A DNA stretch of 64,000 nt from Macrostomum lignano. Lineage: Eukaryota. Each line of letters begins with the position of its first letter. Positions within the stretch are counted from its first letter, which is position 1. The stretch is from contig NIVC01001751.1 of assembly GCA_002269645.1 (NCBI GenBank), positions 1 to 64,000 of the forward strand, read 5' to 3'. Made by a program: the position numbers and the translations under genes. Below, piece after piece: positions 11,981 through 23,593 of this stretch. The notes under the pieces are model-generated. The model had not been told where the DNA came from. It searched no databases and saw only the letters and a program-made list of their open reading frames with translations.

Positions 11981-13257
11981 CTGGAGACGAAATTAGTGAA
12001 ATTGACACATTGATAGCTCAGATAAGAGCTACAACGAAAGGAAAGCTTTTCTATTGGTTTCTTTGTACTAATTATTATATTTCCAGTACTTGAGTACCTA
12101 TTGTAACGATACAAGAGCTAGAAGGCTACATTTTAAAGCCATATTTTATACCTAGACACATCGCACCCCGACGGTTAAGCAGGAGGACGACGGCTGGTTC
12201 TGCGAGAATCTGTGCGAGACAAAAATCGTATCCGGCATAATCCCCGCCCCTGGATGGGGCGCGAGCTCGGTCGTCTTAAGGGGAAAGTGCAAAAGAATAT
12301 AGGCTTAGTGTCTGGCCTGTGAAGTGAGCCGACTCCGAGCTGGAACAGAGATGCATGAAGAGAACACATCCGGGATGATTCTGTGCGGATGGGGGAATGG
12401 ATTAGTCTGTGCTGCTGCCGGAACTCTACGCCCGGCTTACGCTGCAGGCTGCAAGACTCCGCAGTCTGCAAGGCAACGCCTTTCCTGGAATAGAGCAAGC
12501 ATTCCGGAGATTCAAAAGGGGCGATTTTCCTGGAATAGAGCAAGCATTCCCGAGATTCAAAAGGGGCGATTTTCCTGGAATAGATGAAGCACTTGAAGGA
12601 GAACCAAAGGACGATTTATCTGAAATAGATGAAGCATTCGTAAGTGATTCATTGGGGAATTTAAGAAAAGGTTAATGATTTGATGGCGAACACTAACTAG
12701 TACAGACATGTCCTTAAAAGCTTCTTTCGCAGAGAAGTGCTACACTGTGTAAAGCACAAGAACACAGAATACAGCTATATTCCGCTCTAGGCTAAGGCGT
12801 GTACGCACAAGCGGCTTAGCTGTTTTTGATCGCCCGGACACCCGATACCTTAGTGCGCATTGCGCGCGTATTTGAAATTGTGCCAGCTTTGCCAGCCTAC
12901 CCATATTAGCAGCAGCAGCGGAAAGTGCTGTCTACAAGCCGCAAACTATGAAATTTGCGACTTTGCTACAGAAAAAAACCGCTAAAGGCGCACTTGTTGC
13001 AACTGGCAGGATCAGTTATAGGCAACAATATTATATACACAGATGCGCTGTTATTTGTGCTTTCAGGGCCTGGCCGCGTACTGCACACTGCTATGACAAG
13101 ATGGCCTAGCGCCAACAGGCTAAACTGCTTCCAATCTGAGCTAGACATTGCCTGCCTGACCAATTTATAGGTCGGTGATATTGCAACCATATACCAATAA
13201 TGGCGCATAATAATAAAATTAACATTGTACTCGCCAGTTTTAGCTCAATGAATTTGC

Positions 13258-13829
13258 ATAGATGCATAGATGCTCAAAAATGGATGGATGAATAGATCGA
13301 TAGACAGATAGATAGGCAGGCAGATAGTTAGTTAGACAGGTAGGTAGTTAGACAGATAGATAAATAGGTAGGTAGGTAGGTAGGTAGGTAGGTAGGTAGG
13401 TAGGTAGGTAGATAGATATTTAGGTAGATAGACATATAGATAAATAGATAGATAGATAGATAGACAGGTAGATAAGATAAGATAGATAGATAGACAGATA
13501 GATAGACAGATAGATAGGTAGATAGATAGGTAGGCAGATAGGTAGGCAGATAGGTAAGTAGATAGGTAGATAGATAGGTAGATGGATAGGTAGGCAGATA
13601 GGTAGATAGATAGGCAGGCAGATAGGTAAGTAGATAAGTAGATAGATAGGTAGATAGATAGGTAGGCAGATAGGTAGATAGATAGGTAGATAGATAGGTA
13701 GGCAGATAGGTAGATAGATAGGTAGGTAGGCAGATAGGTAGATAGATAGGTAGATAGGTAGGTAGGCAGATAGGTACATAGATAGGTAGGCAGATAGGTA
13801 GACAGATAGGTAGGCAGATAGGTAGGTAG
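13258..13829. repeat. Compound (GATA/GGTA/GGCA)n microsatellite abutting the CTDSP exon 3 donor
   Basis: Visible directly. Confidence 0.95.
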
Positions 13830-13834
13830 CTCAC

Positions 13835-13984
13835 CTTGGCCAGGCTGGCAGTGAACAGCACGCATTCGAACAGCTCGCCCATTCTGCGCAGGAATTCGTC
13901 AGCGTATGGCCGCTTCAGCACGTAGACTTGGTGCACGAAGCCTTCAATTTCGACGCCAATGGCGAAGTCGGGATCTTGCACGTA
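13835..13984 (-). CDS. CTDSPL: CTDSP-family phosphatase, exon 3
   Basis: [50 protein letters not shown]; 150 nt, cgcag|TAC and AAG|gtgagc. Confidence 0.93.
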
Positions 13985-14610
13985 CTGCGCGACATAGGCG
14001 GATGGGTGGGGGGGGGGTAAAGACATGGCGAACAAAAATTCAGTGTTCAGGACAAAAATGTTAGCTACCATGAGGCTACCAAATCTATCCGGCCCAGAAC
14101 TGGTCACCAGCACAGGTGCTTTCCGGGTCAATCCTACCTAACTGGCCGTGCTGCACTTTAATCAGTATAAAAATGCAGCGACAGTTCATGCCAGTACTTT
14201 GTGTGCTGCGAAATTAGCAAACTTCTAGCACTGCGCAGTGCTGAATGACTTGAGTGAGCTGCTGACTGAACAGGGCGCCCACCCCCAGATAAAGTGGCCG
14301 AGTGCAGACTCGGTTCTTTATGTTTCAAAACACGCGGGTTTAGGCCTATTTTGGCTGGAAAAAGTAATTAACTAGGTACATTATAACTTATACTTAACAG
14401 GCGCCCAACACACGCGTGAGAACACAATTTAGAGGGTTAGAAAGGGGCGTGCAAAACATACGAAAATTAGAATGCAGTCAGCAAATCTTAACTGTACTAC
14501 AAACATACCTACAGGTGCCCCTTCAACAACACACTCGACTTAGAATATGCATAAAACTCTCAAGCTAGGAAACCCGTCATCAACTTGAAAAGTAATCAAA
14601 TTATCTAAGG

Positions 14611-15957
14611 AGATCAACTTAAGAATCTGGGAAGCATTAAGGATCAACATGAGGATCTGGGAAGCATTAAGGATCAACATGAGCATCTGGGAAGCACCAA
14701 AGATCAACATGAGGATCTGGGTAGCATTAAGAATCAACATGAGGATCTGGGAAGCATTAAGGATCAACATGAGGATCTGGGTAGCATTAAGGATCAACAT
14801 GAGGATCTGGGAAGCACCAAAGATCAACATGAGGATCTGGGTAGCATTAAGGATCAACATGAGGATCTGGGTAGCATTAAGAATCAACATGAGGATCTGG
14901 GAAGCATTAAGAATCAACATGAGGATCTGGGAAGCATTAAGGATCAACATGAGCATCTGGGAAGCACCAAAGATCAACATGAGGATCTGGGTAGCATTAA
15001 GAATCAACATGAGGATCTGGGAAGCATTAAGGATCAACATGAGGATCTGGGAAGCATTAAGAATCAACATGAGGATCTGGGTAGCATTAAGGATCAACAT
15101 GAGGATCTGGGTAGCATTAAGAATCAACATGAGGATCTGGGTAGCATTAAGAATCAATATGAGGATCTGGGTAGCATTAAGAATCAACATGAGGATCTGG
15201 GTAGCATTAAGAATCAACATGAGGATCTGGGAAGCATTAAGGATCAACATGAGGATCTGGGTAGCATTAAGGATCAACATGAGGATCTGGGAAGCACCAA
15301 AGATCAACATGAGGATCTGGGTAGCATTAAGGATCAACATGAGGATCTGCGTAGCATTAAGAATCAACATGAGGATCTGGGTAGCATTAAGAATCAACAT
15401 GAGGATCTGGGAAGCATTAAGGATCAACATGAGGATCTGGGAAGCATTAAGAATCAATATGAGGATCTGGGTAGCATTAAGAATCAACATGAGGATCTGG
15501 GAAGCATTAAGGATCAACATGAGGATCTGGGTAGCATTAAGGATCAACATGAGGATCTGGGAAGCACCAAAGATCAACATGAGGATCTGGGTAGCATTAA
15601 GGATCAACATGAGGATCTGGGTAGCATTAAGAATCAACATGAGGATCTGGGTAGCATTAAGAATCAACATGAGGATCTGGGAAGCATTAAGGATCAACAT
15701 GAGGATCTGGGAAGCATTAAGGATCAACATGAGGATCTGGGAAGCATCAAGGATCAACATGAGGATCTGGGAAGCATTAAGGATCAACATGAGGATCTGG
15801 GTAGCATTAAGAATCAACATGAGGATCTGGGTAGCATTAAGAATCAACATGAGGATCTGGGAAGCATTAAGGATCAACATGAGGATCTGGGTAGCATTAA
15901 GGATTAACATGAGGATCTGGGAAGCACCAAAGATCAACATGAGGATCTGGGAAGCAT
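14611..15957. repeat. 30-bp minisatellite (GGATCAACATGAGGATCTGGGTAGCATTAA), ~45 copies, CTDSP intron 2
   Basis: Visible directly; produces the spurious 436- and 474-aa ORFs. Confidence 0.96.
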
Positions 15958-16074
15958 GAAGCATGAAGGAAGGAGTCCCAAGCCAGAAATCTTAAAAGAA
16001 ATACTATGATTCAGGAAATTTGGGGTCTGCGACATCTAAAACCAGCAGACTGTTTTAAGCACTAAGAGGCGCAC

Positions 16075-16355
16075 CTTGAAGGAGCTGTGCACCAGGGTCT
16101 CATCCAGATCGATGACGGCGCAGATCCGGTCGGCCATGGCCGGGTCTCTGGGCCCCAGCAGGTCTTGCGGGCGGGTCTGTCCATTCCGGTAGTGCTCTGC
16201 ACGACCGCCGGGACCGTTGGAGGCGCCAACGCCAAAGCAGCAGAGCAGACGGTTCAGCAAGCCGCTGCCGCCGCCGCCTGAGCCTCTTTGACGGCGTCGC
16301 TTGCCATCAACTGGCGACTTGACCAGCTCGAGGTCGGCTTTAGGGGGATTCTCGT
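16075..16355 (-). CDS. CTDSPL: CTDSP-family phosphatase, exon 2 (catalytic DLDET motif)
   Basis: ...LLCCFG...RICAVIDLDETLVHSSFK|gtgcgc. Acceptor at 16356 (ccccag|AC) chosen because it matches the phase-1 donor of exon 1; this 5' boundary is less certain. Confidence 0.88.
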
Positions 16356-17055
16356 CTGGGGATGGGCGGGTGCAGTTGTAATTATTAATTTGCTGGGCAA
16401 CCTGTGCAGCCTATTAAGGCGACATGGATAATTTTGAGCAAATATAGGTTAAGACATTTTTGCAGAGTTTATTAATTATTAGAGTAAACAGCTATGAATA
16501 ACTTGACTTGTTATGACTATAGACAGCAACTGATAACTAGAAAAGACAGACAATGTACTTGTTTTTGCTCAAATTATTCTATGAATATTTGCTTTTAAAA
16601 GCAGTGTATCAAATTAGTTGTTTTTCAATAATAATAAAAATGTATAATTTAACTACTTAAGTGCCAAAATTACCAACTAATTGTCAATAATGTTACCCAA
16701 TAAATATTTACAAATTAAACTATTTGGAATAGCTATCAAAGTTTCAAAACATTAATGATCTAATACAATACTTTATTTAACCTAAAAACAATCTATGTCC
16801 TATCTAGAATCTCAATTTTAACATACCAAAAATTTAGGATCCTAACCAAAATTTGAATCATATTTAATTGCCTAATCTTAAAAAATGATATTACTTATAT
16901 TTATTATAATTGTCAATATTATTTATACAAATATTACCATTTAACTTTTTCCAATATCCTAATTTCATTTTTTTCTTATAGCCTATCTATACCTATATAT
17001 TTATCTATAGCTAATAAACTTTCTGTAAGTTTCTATAGCTGCCTTGCTATGATTA

Positions 17056-18080
17056 TGTAGTGAGTCGCTAGTTTGGTTAGGCACTGCACTAGTCAGCTGT
17101 TGCCCTCGCCCTCGCCCCAGGTTTCTGTCTGCCGCTGGGCAGTTGCCTGTCCCTCCTGCCTGTCCTCTGGCCTGTCCCTTGCCCATTTGCCTGTCTGTCT
17201 GTTTGTCCTCGTTTGCCCCCTTTTGTTTCGTTTTCCCTTTTTGCAGTGCCCAGACAGCTTGGTCTGGCCTGCCTCTGTTTTGTTCTCTGTCAGGCATCTC
17301 CAAATTTGGAGTGCCTTTCTGTTTTCCAGTCCCACGGTCACGAGTGCCTTCACTTGTGGGCCTTTTCCCCTTGTCATGTGAGCCAGTCACATGACAAGGC
17401 TGTCTTCCTTCTTTAGTCCAAAGTGCAATGCTTTCATCATTGTACGCTGGGCTCGTGCTTATGGGGAGATCACGTGTGCCTGGACCCCCCCTTGCCTTCT
17501 CTGAGGCAGGGCCCACTTGTTTGTTGCTAAAAATAGCAACAGAGTCACTTATAACTCTCAGCGGGGGCCTTTCGTGCTATGGTGCAATCGATCCTCCCTA
17601 TAAATGCAGCCCCTCTCATGGCTTGGCTCAGGCAGGCCTTTCCTCCATTCCAGAGCTCCAAACCGGTTCTCCTCGTCTAGCAAACACTCTAAGTTTGTGT
17701 GCCAAGTTTGCGCTTAAATTGAACTCCAAAACTCCCGACTTTGCGCGTGACTGCCTCTGATTGTTCCTGCTATCAATTAGCAGGCCAGCTCGGATCGCCC
17801 GAAGCTAGCACTTTCGCTCTCACCCCGCACCAGCCTGGCAGGGACTGCTGACGGTGGGCACCTCTGCGCGAGAACTGCTAAATCTGCACGAAGTGCGAGT
17901 CTCTTTCTCTCATCTTAGTTATTTGCTTCTACAAGCTCAGCACCTCACCGAAGGCTGCGACTCTGCGAAGCTGGTGGCAGCACTACCAACGCTACTAGAT
18001 CAACGCGGAGACTTCCCAGGGGAGCTCAAGGTAGGCAGCTCACGTGACTAACAGGGAAGTAACCGGAACCAAGTACTTCA
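17056..18080. mobile_element. Possible solo LTR (~1 kb GC-richer insert) in CTDSP intron 1
   Basis: Begins TGTAGTG, ends CTTCA, TATA-like CTATAAAT near 17598, sharp compositional contrast with flanks; no clean TSD. Confidence 0.35.
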
Positions 18081-18199
18081 ATTGCAGTATTATTAGCATC
18101 AGGCATTGGGACCTCTCACTATTGGCTATTATAGTTATAGGAATGCAACCATGAATAATATTTTGCATAATGCATTTGTGCACTCAATGCATATCATTC

Positions 18200-19100
18200 C
18201 TTTTCTCTCTGTTCATTGCCCCTTTTCTCTCCTTTCTCCTTTTTTCCTTCCTTTCCCTTTTCTCTCCCCTTTTCACTTCCCTTCACATATTTCCTCTTGT
18301 AATGTTTAAGTAATTAAAGTAACAAAATCTTTAATTCTTACTGAATGAGATCTTCTATGAGAGCAATGGCCTATTTATCAATTGGATTCCAAGAAGCCTC
18401 CTTTGCAATCTAGCCTTTATTGATGGTGTCAAATGGTAGGCAGATTCTCTATTGGCTTTATTCATCTTAACAAAAGGCCCCACAATCCTAGCTACAATAT
18501 TTATAAGGTAAAAAAATTTTGAGTCCCTGACCAAGTTATCACTTTCAAGGGAGCTCAATTAAGTCCCTAGGGTTATGGACTAGGATAGGGTTAGGATATT
18601 GGGGGCTAAATTTAAGATGAATGTTTTCATTTTCAATGTGAGGGCTAAGGGGAGCTCTTAAGTTCTTAGAATTAAGGACTCAAGTGACAAAGACAAATGT
18701 TTGATACTATATGCATATAAAGGTTGGAATAGGGGGTTAAAGTTAAGATATGTTTTCATTTTCAACACAAAGGGAGGTCTTAAGTCCTTGGGGTTAGCGA
18801 CTCAAACAACACATTTTTGATATTATATATGCATTGCAGTTAGGATGGTAGGGGCTTAAGTTAAGATGAATGAAACCAATATTAATAAAGAAGCCATTCA
18901 GTATCTGCCATTATCAAAGAAGGCTAGATTGCAAAGGAGACTTCTTGGAAACCAAATGATAAGTAGACCATCACCTTTGTAGAAGATCCTAGTAAGAATT
19001 GGAGATTTAGTTACTTTAGTTATTTAAACAATATAAGAAAAAGAGAAAAAGGAGAGAAGGGAAAATGGAAAGGAAAAAGTAATAAGAAAGGAAAAAGAGG
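18200..19100. mobile_element. Foldback-like element: long diverged inverted arms around ~130-bp direct repeats
   Basis: 18301-18469 aligns to the reverse complement of 18860-19032 (shared AAGGCTAGATTGCAAAGGAG block). Internal repeats marked by TTAAGAT(GA)ATG near 18612, 18743 and 18861. Confidence 0.6.
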
Positions 19101-19620
19101 ACTTTATTATTTTACTTGGTGCAGTAAAACAAAGTTATTATATTTAAAAGCAGAGCCACAGAATTCTATCTTAACATTATATATATATAATTATAAAATT
19201 TATTTTTAGATATTCAATTAAACTTTGTATAGAAAAACTGCTTATAAGAAAATTTGCTTATAAAATTCAAGTGCCAAAAAAACAAAATTTCCATACAAAT
19301 ATTCCATTCTAATAGAACCCTAACTTATATATAAAGCATGATGTGCTCCAATCTTTCATAAAATAACATATTCTTATATATAAGATTTGGTATCTAACTT
19401 AATTTTTTCAAATAGAAAGAAAATGAAATGGCCAAATTTCTAATACAGCTTTACTGCTATCTATGTTGCAATACATTGTCATAGATTGTCTAATTAGGAA
19501 GTTATGCATGTGGCTATGCCATGCAAATTAATGAAATAGGCTATCTTAAACATGTTTTATAACTTAAAATATCTTAACTGAGATTTGCTAGGTAATTAAC
19601 AAAAAAACAACAAAACATAC

Positions 19621-19801
19621 CAGTTTTATTTAGGGAAAGAGGACTTGAAACTTCTGCCTCCTTTTCAGGGGACTGCACAAATGATGACTCTTCATTTGAT
19701 GCTGATGCACCACCTTCTTCAGCATTTTCTGGACCTGGTGGTTTGTTAACTGCTATAGTAGCAGGATCAGTTACTTGAGTTATTACTGATGAGATATCCA
19801 T
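19621..19801 (-). CDS. CTDSPL: CTDSP-family phosphatase, exon 1
   Basis: MDISSVITQVTDP resembles the CTDSP/CTDSPL N-terminal MDxxxIITQV motif; donor ACT G|gtatgt. Confidence 0.8.
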
Positions 19802-20826
19802 CGAACTCGTGCATTTTTTACATTGTTTCTTTAAAGCAAAAGTCTGCTATTTGAAGCGGCAAGTACATTCTGATTCTCAGTCTCAATTTAGCAATGGTTT
19901 GGCTTCGACTGTTGTGTGTTGTTGTTAATGTTAGGGGCCTATATATTTTAAATGATTGAAATTTGCACTCTGGAATTTAAGTCGAGGTTGGTTACTGTTG
20001 TCTAGAGTTTTAATCAAAAAAAATTAAAATAGCAATGCGTATAGAAAATTAAACAATACTGTCTTTAAAATTACGGACAACTTATTACTTATATCGATTG
20101 ATCTAATATTAATTTAAGAGCAGCGCTATAGTTTTTTCTCTGAAAACTAATGTTTTAAATGCAAACAACAACAAAGTATAACAAATTAAAAAATATTGTA
20201 TTTCGGAATCGCCGAATATGTGTTTTCTGACGTTTTTCTAAACAAAAAATTATTGAAAAAGATGGCGCTAGAATGATGTAAACCAGGTAAGTAAATTTAG
20301 GACAATAGACTCGTTGAGTGGCTAGCTGGTTTGTCCTTCGTGTAATTCTTAAGCAAAGTTAGACTGTCATTAAAAGGCCCAGTGACGCGTTTAAGTCCAA
20401 GGGGGCCACCCCTCTTAGGCTTCAGTTTCCAATTTTCTCTCAATGGGAAAATTGCAGTCTTCACCGTCAGCAAATATTTTCGCCCCTATGCGGCAGGGCT
20501 GCAGATGCATCGATCGAATCCTTTCAGAATCCTCAATCTGGGCGAGCGCATAAAAACGCCATACAAAATGCAACGTTATGCCTTTTTAACTTTCAAACTA
20601 ACATTCAAAGCTAAGCTCTGCGAATTAAAAGTACTTGGACGAGCTCAACCTAAAATTAGACCGATTATTAAATTATGATGCAGTTATTGCACAAATCTAT
20701 GGACCAGAGTCGCTACGACGAGTGTAGACTCGATTTTGAGTTCTAGAATCCAATAATTTATAGCTGCCAAGCGTAGCATACATCCAACGGACCAGATAAG
20801 CAATCGCCCCGGCCCGATTTTCGCAG
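19802..20826. promoter_or_regulatory. Putative bidirectional promoter/5'-UTR region between CTDSP (-) and the USP-fold gene (+)
   Basis: Divergent starts ~1.07 kb apart. YY1-like AAGATGGCG at 20259-20267, followed by a perfect + strand donor CAG|GTAAGT at 20287 and an acceptor ttttcgcag at 20826. Confidence 0.45.
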
Positions 20827-20873
20827 TGCGCGCAATTTTCCGCGCACAAAATCCCAACCTGTGCGAGGCTCAA

Positions 20874-21314
20874 ATGACAGTGGCACAAGACGAAGAAGGC
20901 ACTGCAGACAACGAAAGGCTTGATGATGACCCCTGCAACGCGGGTCGAAATGAATGCAAAAGCATCGGTGCCAGTAACGCTAACGGCGGCGCACGAGTTG
21001 TCCTCCTGCCAACGCTGGGCCTGTCTGCTGCCTTCCCGGCCACATTGCGAGCCTATTGCCAGCTGGTGAGGCGGCCAGCCGACCGCCTGCTGGTTGTGGA
21101 CATGCAGGCCGGGCCGCAGAGCCGGCCGCTCCGGCTGTTCCCCTATGCCCTGTACGAGCTGAGCGAGGCGGAGACGCAGTCGCGGGCGGAACTGGCGCTG
21201 CAGATGGCCTCGGAGAAGACTGACAAGCTGCGCCAGCTGATGGAGCGGCATGGAGTGGCCGCGTTCAGCTACAGCCTGCGGCTCTACCACTGCATAACTG
21301 AGACACTGGCTGAG
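20874..21314 (+). CDS. Universal stress protein (USP/UspA)-fold protein, divergent; coding exon 1
   Basis: GC-rich ORF from ATG 20874: RVVLLPTLG...LVRRPADRLLVVDM fits USP beta1-alpha1-beta2; phase-0 donor GAG|gtgagg. Confidence 0.65.
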
Positions 21315-21377
21315 GTGAGGCCAACCCATACAAAAGCTTTAGCTTAAACAATTCACCGAACCATAATTTTATGGAGC

Positions 21378-21506
21378 GAACAGTTGCAGTATGAGGAGTT
21401 CTAGCAAGGAACAGTTACAGTATGAGGAGTTCTAGCAAGGAACAGTTACAGTATGAGGAGTTCTAGCAAGGAACAGTTACAGTATGAGGAGTTCTAGCAA
21501 GGAACA
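21378..21506. repeat. 31-bp tandem repeat x4 (GAACAGTTACAGTATGAGGAGTTCTAGCAAG)
   Basis: Visible directly. Confidence 0.93.
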
Positions 21507-22552
21507 GGGACTTCTTGAACTTTAGGTAGATAAAATATTTGCAGTTTTGATAGGATCATAATTTTGCCTCTATCGGGGTTTTTGATAGTGCTAATTTGAA
21601 ATTTGAGCTTCATTTTTTCGTAGCTCAAAGCCAACCACCGGGGCATGGGGAATGGGGGGTTTTAGGGTGGGGAGAATCTTCATAGGGATTAATTTTACGT
21701 ACCTAAACTTTAATAGAGGCATGGAGGTCTATTGAAGATTATGTAGATAAATTCGTAGGCTGAGGGGAGGGTGCAAGTTCTGGGGGGGCGGGGGTGGGGG
21801 CGGGGGGGGGGCTGACAACCACCAACAACCAGGGCATGGGAATGGGGGTTTTAGGGTGGGGAGAATCTTCATGGGGATTAATTTCCCCAAATAAGCAGAA
21901 TACAAATCAGAGCACTACAACTCCAATTTAAAAGCAGATACAAACAGACTGCTAGGGGACCAGCTCACAGTCCAATATACAATTTTATTGTTAAACTGTT
22001 AGCACATTAACTTAGTTAATATATAAACACATAGAGCAGCTTATTACTCGTAAGCTAGCCAATAGAAAAATTGGAACGCTACAGGCCGGGCGGATATGCA
22101 TTAAATATGAAAAGCATTGCATAACAAAGAGAAATATAATTCTTGTGAATATGACGATTAGGTAGGATCAACCTGTTCACTGTGCAGTCATCATGAATTC
22201 ACTGTGGAATGCCTTGCCTATACAAAATAAAAAAAACAATTTAATAGGAATCGAAAAGCCAAAAAAAAAAACAAAAAGAAGTGACAATGCACTACGAGAG
22301 TTGCATGGACGGCACTTAGCAGAATTTTTTATTGAATAATTGTAATAACAAGGATCCAATTCGGAAAAAATCAAAATAGTCAGCTGAAACAGTTTCATCT
22401 TTGATAGATAAACTTTAAACGGCTTTTTTGAGTACTCAAAAGAAACACAAAACATGTTTTAACTCCGCAAAAAAAATTTTTCGATTGGAAATTTCCCTAG
22501 ATAGTTGAAACCGGAATTTATGCCCGTACTTATCAGCGCTTGATGAGCCATA

Positions 22553-22862
22553 GGGGTTGTAGCCTAGTGGTTAGGGCGTCGGAATAGGACTTAAAGGTCG
22601 GGGGTTCGTTTCCCGATCCACTCGGAACAATTTGTGTCCTTGAGCAAGACACTTAACTCTGCATTGCTTCACCCAGCTGTAAAATGGGTGCCAGCATTAG
22701 CTGGGGTAATTGAGGGTGTGTGGCGACCCCCCAGTCCTTGGACTGAACAGGCGTACGCAGCCTTCAGATGCGCCGCGCAAATAGCTGCGGCTGAGCTGTC
22801 GGTTGCACATCTGCCCATTAGGGCAGGTGTAATCAGTAATAATATTGAGAATGATTATTAAT
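22553..22862 (+). mobile_element. tRNA-derived CORE-type SINE, family 1, full-length copy 2
   Basis: A box TAGCCTAGTGG, B box GGTTCGTTTCC, core TGTGTCCTTGAGCAAGACACTTAAC...CTGTAAAATGGG resembling the MIR/CORE domain, AAT-rich tail; three copies in the window. Confidence 0.88.
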
Positions 22863-23086
22863 ATGAGCCATAACGCAGCTCATAAAACACATAAAAGCCG
22901 GCAAAGTTTATCAAAAGCATCAAAGGTTACTGTTTTGAATTGGCTGATTTGTATGCAACAGTAGTCAGTAGGGCCTGAACAACCACTATGCCAACTAGCA
23001 GGGCTCTACTGTACTAAACTGTAATTATTTGCCTATCTATAGACTGGTTCCCAAACTAGGTCTAATAAATAATAAATAGAATTACG

Positions 23087-23558
23087 CAGGGGCGTCGCCA
23101 TGGATTTTATGGTGGGGGGGGCAAAGCCAAGAATTCAACGTGTACATGCACATGACTAAATTTCTATATGTCCATTATTTTGAGAATTTGTGTTTTCAGC
23201 GCCCATTTTGGCGCCGCAGACAGGCACTCATTTTGGCGCCGCAGACAGGCACTCATTTTGGCGCCGCAGACAGACACTCACTTTGGCGCCGCAGACAGGC
23301 ACTCATTTTGGCGCCGCAAGCAGGCACTCATTTTGGCGCCGCAAGCAGGCACTCATTTTGGCGCCGCAAGCAGGCACTCATTTTGGCGCCGCAAGCAGGC
23401 ACTCATTTTAGAGCCGAAGGCGCTATAATCTGACACCTTGAATAAAAGTTTTTGCTTTTCACAACGGGTGGTGGGGGGGACAAAGCAATGGCATGTCCCC
23501 CCATAGCTTTTACTGGGGGGGGGGGATGACATGCCCCCCCCCGTTGGCGACGCCCCTG
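23087..23558. mobile_element. MITE-like element with perfect 14-bp TIRs and an internal 26-bp tandem repeat
   Basis: CAGGGGCGTCGCCA ... TGGCGACGCCCCTG; about 8 copies of TTTGGCGCCGCAGACAGGCACTCATT at ~23203-23410; no clear TSD. Confidence 0.75.
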
Positions 23559-23593
23559 ATCTGACGTATACATTTAACCACCTATTTTTTCAG

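Noticed and set aside
21630-21890. Short G-rich direct duplication and poly-G run as a distinct element
   Set aside because: Only two ~60-bp copies with no termini or coding signal; too little to classify.
22553-22625. Functional tRNA gene (also 54615-54690)
   Set aside because: A/B boxes are present but no clean cloverleaf can be drawn, and both continue into repeated SINE bodies.
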